From NCBI GenBank assembly GCA_030141605.1, contig JAQGDQ010001733.1:1-27481 (forward strand): 27,481 bases of DNA. Direction: 5' to 3'. This document shows positions 23,841-27,481 of this stretch, piece by piece (position 1 is the stretch's first letter; each line of letters starts with the position of its first letter). A program made the translations under genes and the position numbers. The DNA comes from Tubiluchus corallicola (lineage: Eukaryota > Animalia > Priapulida). A model generated the notes under the pieces. That model was not told the origin of the DNA. It did not search any database and was given only the letters and a program-made list of their open reading frames with translations.

Positions 23841-23982
23841 CATCATCATCGTTCACATTCATGCTGTTAATGCCACTAGGTTCTGGGGTGGTATCTTGTT
23901 TTTTCTGATACGATCCACACATTGCCATGGCTGCCATATCTCCTTTGTTCCATATGTCACTGTAGTCTGCGAGCATATTCAA
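23614..23982 (-). other. Low-complexity N/D/E/K/M-rich reading frame with an in-frame 84-codon internal repeat; truncated copies at 19540-19782 and 21551-21793
   Basis: ADYSDIWNKGDMAAMAMCGSYQKKQDT and ADYCDLRNEGDMAAMAMSGSNRKKQDT are 252 bp apart. Coding status is uncertain. Confidence 0.4.
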
Positions 23983-25107
23983 GATGGATGTATAGAGTTA
24001 GATGGTGCCTTCTTCTGAGCTTCATTAGCCTAGGACTCCGAAAAGGTCATAATCCATCCCGCACACGTGTGTTTGCACAAGTTTGTAGTATGTGTAATGT
24101 CGCACAAATTGTAACTTGTTATGCATGCTTTACTCTATGTAAAATCTATAGTGCTTTAGATCGTAGCCATCGTTAAGTATCATGGAATCCAAATATCACA
24201 GATTTTAAAAAAATCTGCGTATTTATTGTTTGTCATTTAGTGATTTGATGGGTGGAATTCATCTAGGTTGGGTTGAATGTGACATGCTTCAAGATGGTCT
24301 CATTTATTCTATGATTTATTGTTTTTCAATGACTGTAAATGCCACTTTTCATTTGTGTTTTTTACTAGATATTGTTGATGTTAAAGGACCAAGGTCATTT
24401 AATTGTTAGGGGAAGTATAATTGCATTCTAGTACTCAGAGTTCTGCACCTGCTACCTTGAGTTATTAAAAAAATTTTCTTGCAACTTATTATGTAAAAAA
24501 GGAGCATTAAAAGTTTGGACAATGACTTAACAAGCATTAGTTTTGTTGTATTTTTCAGTAGTTATTGATAATGTGTCATGCAACTGTGATAATGTGATTC
24601 ATTTTTGCAATTATTCTTGATTCTTGTTGATTTTATATTTTGTGAAACTGAATCCATATTGAAACATTTACTCCTGCTCAAAATCACAATCAGTCTTGAT
24701 CTCTTTGTGACTTTTTCATAATTATTTTCTTTTATAATATTATAACTACCTAATGCATGTGACTCTTTTTACTGAGTATATTTAGTTTGAACTGTGACAT
24801 TTACAAGGTAGTAATTCTTGCTTCATGAGCGATACCGTATTTCATGTACAGTAACACTGCATACTAATTGACAATTAAACTTGCTTTTTCACTTATTAGT
24901 AGTGAAACTTAATCTGATTGGAAACTAATTAGAGAATCATTAGAAACTTTAGAATATAATAAGAATTCCTGACATTGTTGCCGTCCTACTTATAAATTGG
25001 TGATTTTGCTGAATTTAATAAGAGAGCATTTTTAATGTAACACGTGCAATTTGTGATTAAGTTGGTTCAAAATTCTTGATCATAATTAATCTTACTGTTT
25101 TTCATTG

Positions 25108-25150
25108 AGTTATTATTTATTTATTTATATTTATTTACTCTTATTTATTC
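25108..25150. repeat. (TTTA)n-like simple repeat at a probable element boundary
   Basis: ttattatttatttatttatatttatttactcttatttattc, followed by more GC-rich sequence that leads into the repeated modules. Confidence 0.6.
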
Positions 25151-26484
25151 TCCGCAACTTTAGTGCTTAATAACTCCTAAGTATTTCAAGCTAGGCTCAT
25201 CAAACTCGCAGGGACGTACTAGAACGTACAACTGTATGGTGACCATTGACCACTGATCAAGGAAGGAAGGGCATGGACGTCACTCTTCTTATGGAAGAGG
25301 TCGCATCTCTTCTTAGAGCTTTTGGTTTTTCCAATTTTTTTCACAAGCATTTGGGCACTGTGGGGGAGGTATGTACCTGGGATTTTAAAAAGCTGGCAAG
25401 TTTTAAACGCCCGAGGGAGGGGCCAAAATACAAAATTTGGGTTCCCCTCAGTTGGTGACCTCTTACATATTGAGGGCTAGGGACACAAAACTCACAGGGT
25501 ACACTCATTGGGCAAAGTCATCTACGTATACGTGTGACCCGAGTTGCTGGGTCAAAGGTCGCGGAGCGGGCTTGTCTTCATTTATTTTTCTTTAGAATCC
25601 ATCTGTTCCATAGTTTTTAAGACAATATGTGACCCGTGGGTGATGGGCTGAACATTGAAATGCACTTTCCATGTATTCAAGCAACTCAATGAAAGAACAA
25701 GCACTTTCAAAAAAGACAGTCGCCTTCATATATTTACAATGTTGAAATATATTTATTTACAAACTATTTGCAATATATTTACAACCTATTTACATTTCCA
25801 TTATTTGCATGACATTTCCATTGCTTTCACTCACATCACCTGCAACAACAAGAAGTTCAATTCAAACTTGTTTATTAATCATTAGCAAACAGCATATCTG
25901 ACAAATGCAACGATAAGTTAATTTATCGGTGTTATCATGGCTGAAGCAAATGGCTCGCATTCTGTCAGGTATTGCGCTGTTTTCGCTAACCATGCTTCAG
26001 TGTGTGACTCCAAGTGTTTTTTGTATAACTGAGTTGACCTATTCCCCTTACTTTTCTCTCTCAACAATATCAGCAAACGCTTGCTACATGCATACCTGTA
26101 AGTTAGTAGTGCAGGCTACTTTCATGCTGCCGCTTTCACTCAAATCACCTGCAACAACAAGAAGTTCAATTCAAACTGGTTTATTAATCATTAGCAAACA
26201 GCATATCTGACAAATGCCACGATAAGTTAATTCGACTGACTGTCGCACACGAGAGATTCCCAGTCGACGTTTCTTGCACTTTGCACATACTTTACAACTA
26301 TTTACAACGGTTATTTACATTTTCTTTATTATCGTTCACGTCAGGAACTTTGTCAACTAGTACTTCATCATTTTCTTCATTGTTTCATTTATATTCATTC
26401 TAGTCCGTCTCATCTCGTGCTCCTTCCAATAGTCCGCCATGTTGCTACATCCTGATTTTCAGGTAATTTTATTTTTATTATGTC

Positions 26485-26860
26485 AGGATCGACTACCACT
26501 GGTCAGCTTTTATCATTGGACAATTTTTATCTTAACAAAGTCGACAATCACTATCAATTTTCATCTTGTTAAGTTTGTCTATTATTAGTGTTACTGGTTA
26601 ATTTTAGTCACGTGAAAGTTGATTATCACAAACTAAATTTTGCCATGTCAAGGTCGACTATTACCATCAATATTTTCTTTGCAAGAACGACAATCACTGG
26701 TGAATTTCTACCTTGACAAGGCTGACTATCACTAGTTAACTTTTACCATGTCTAGGTCAACTGCAACTGGTCATTTTTTATAAGAACGAATATCACTGGT
26801 GAATTTCTACCTTGATGAGCTTGACTATCGCTGATTAATTTTTACCATGTTAAGATTTAC
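26485..26860. repeat. Degenerate ~33-36-bp minisatellite
   Basis: Recurrent gtcgactatcactggt(c/g)aatttttacc(a/t)tgtcaag-like units. A 99-bp higher-order match exists between 26687 and 26786. Confidence 0.75.
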
Positions 26861-27273
26861 TAGAATTACTGAGCAGTTTCGGTTTATTTTATCTCTTTAT
26901 ACTTTCATCAATTTCTATCTTTCCAGTTATCACAGATGAAAGTTATACCAGCATTCGATAACATTCCTGGCCAATCCCATGTACAACTTCAAAAGGTTTT
27001 AAACCAAAACGGTCTTGGAATAAAGCTCGAATGGTTAATTTTATTTACAAAATATGTACATCATAACATTTCAAATTTAGACATGAACAGCAAATATCCA
27101 TGTTTAGAAAAATGAAAAGGCTCCTCATAAATTATCTATACGAATGATGATCTTGGGTTGGATAACGTGCAACAATAGATAGGCATCAATGAACCTAAAA
27201 CATGACAAATTGCAAGCAGATATTCATTTGCAATTTTTTACAGAATAAATGCTGCTTTGTGTTTGTTTCACAG

Positions 27274-27481
27274 GTTGAACCCCATTGCTGTATAAAAACC
27301 ACAAGTCATCGAACCTCTCAATCCACATCGACTACCAATCCCCCTCCTCCTCCACCAACGCCACCTAACCCACTTCCTCCACCAATAGCCCCCAAACCAC
27401 CACCTCCACTAATTCCTCCTAGTCCGCACCCACCACCAATAGCACCTAATCCATCACCCCCTCCTAGTCCACGTCTGCCAA
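27274..27481 (+). CDS. Probable exon of a proline-rich protein, running off the window edge
   Basis: Acceptor tgtgtttgtttcacag|. Open frame VEPHCCIKTTSHRTSQSTSTTNPPPPPPTPPNPLPPPIAPKPPPPLIPPSPHPPPIAPNPSPPPSPRLP with variable third positions in CCN codons. Confidence 0.6.

Larger units (their letters stand above)
16700..26466. repeat. Composite modular repeat region, probably TE-derived
   Basis: Shared modules recur in varying order. Examples are the catcacctgcaacaacaagaag... module (13 copies) and 17113-17420, which recurs at 25398-25700. About 24.0-25.4 kb is not repeated within the window. Confidence 0.9.

Noticed and set aside
24000-25100. Unique AT-rich stretch
   Set aside because: No ORF similarity, repeat or structure that I can support.
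17369-26210. Recurrent plus-strand ORFs (MKCTFHVFK..., MLSWLKQMAR..., MRVKKSEINLL...)
   Set aside because: They have TTG/GTG starts and recur only because the DNA is repeated. The MKCTF set changes length and frame between copies.
16775-26235. Constant repeat with variable intervening sequence read as a CRISPR array
   Set aside because: The repeat is about 90 bp, spacing is irregular (about 135-3200 bp), and the intervening sequences are themselves repeated.

Overview
AT-rich animal (probably invertebrate) nuclear DNA, not prokaryotic. Bases 1-11.3 kb hold the last seven coding exons (+ strand, all GT-AG, phases match) of an ADAMTS7/12-like gene: spacer domain, four TSP1 repeats and a PLAC domain, with the stop at 11226. 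Its introns contain three TA-flanked Tc1/mariner-pogo-type MITEs, an L2-clade LINE remnant, several minisatellites, and one copy of a TIR element whose inverted twin sits just after the stop codon. Bases 12.0-14.6 kb are a ~29-copy 71-bp satellite with higher-order structure, apparently nested inside a MITE. Bases 15.0-16.7 kb (- strand) hold a diverged 5S-rRNA-like segment and a scrambled remnant of a DUF6729-family-like, probably transposon-borne gene. Bases 16.7-26.5 kb are a modular composite repeat (~2-kb units, 246-bp sub-repeats) built from reshuffled gene-like parts: 13 copies of a minus-strand splice-acceptor module, mini-exons and promoter-like motifs. The window ends in an open proline-rich exon. 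Family assignments come from remembered motifs, with no database search, and no new system is demonstrated.
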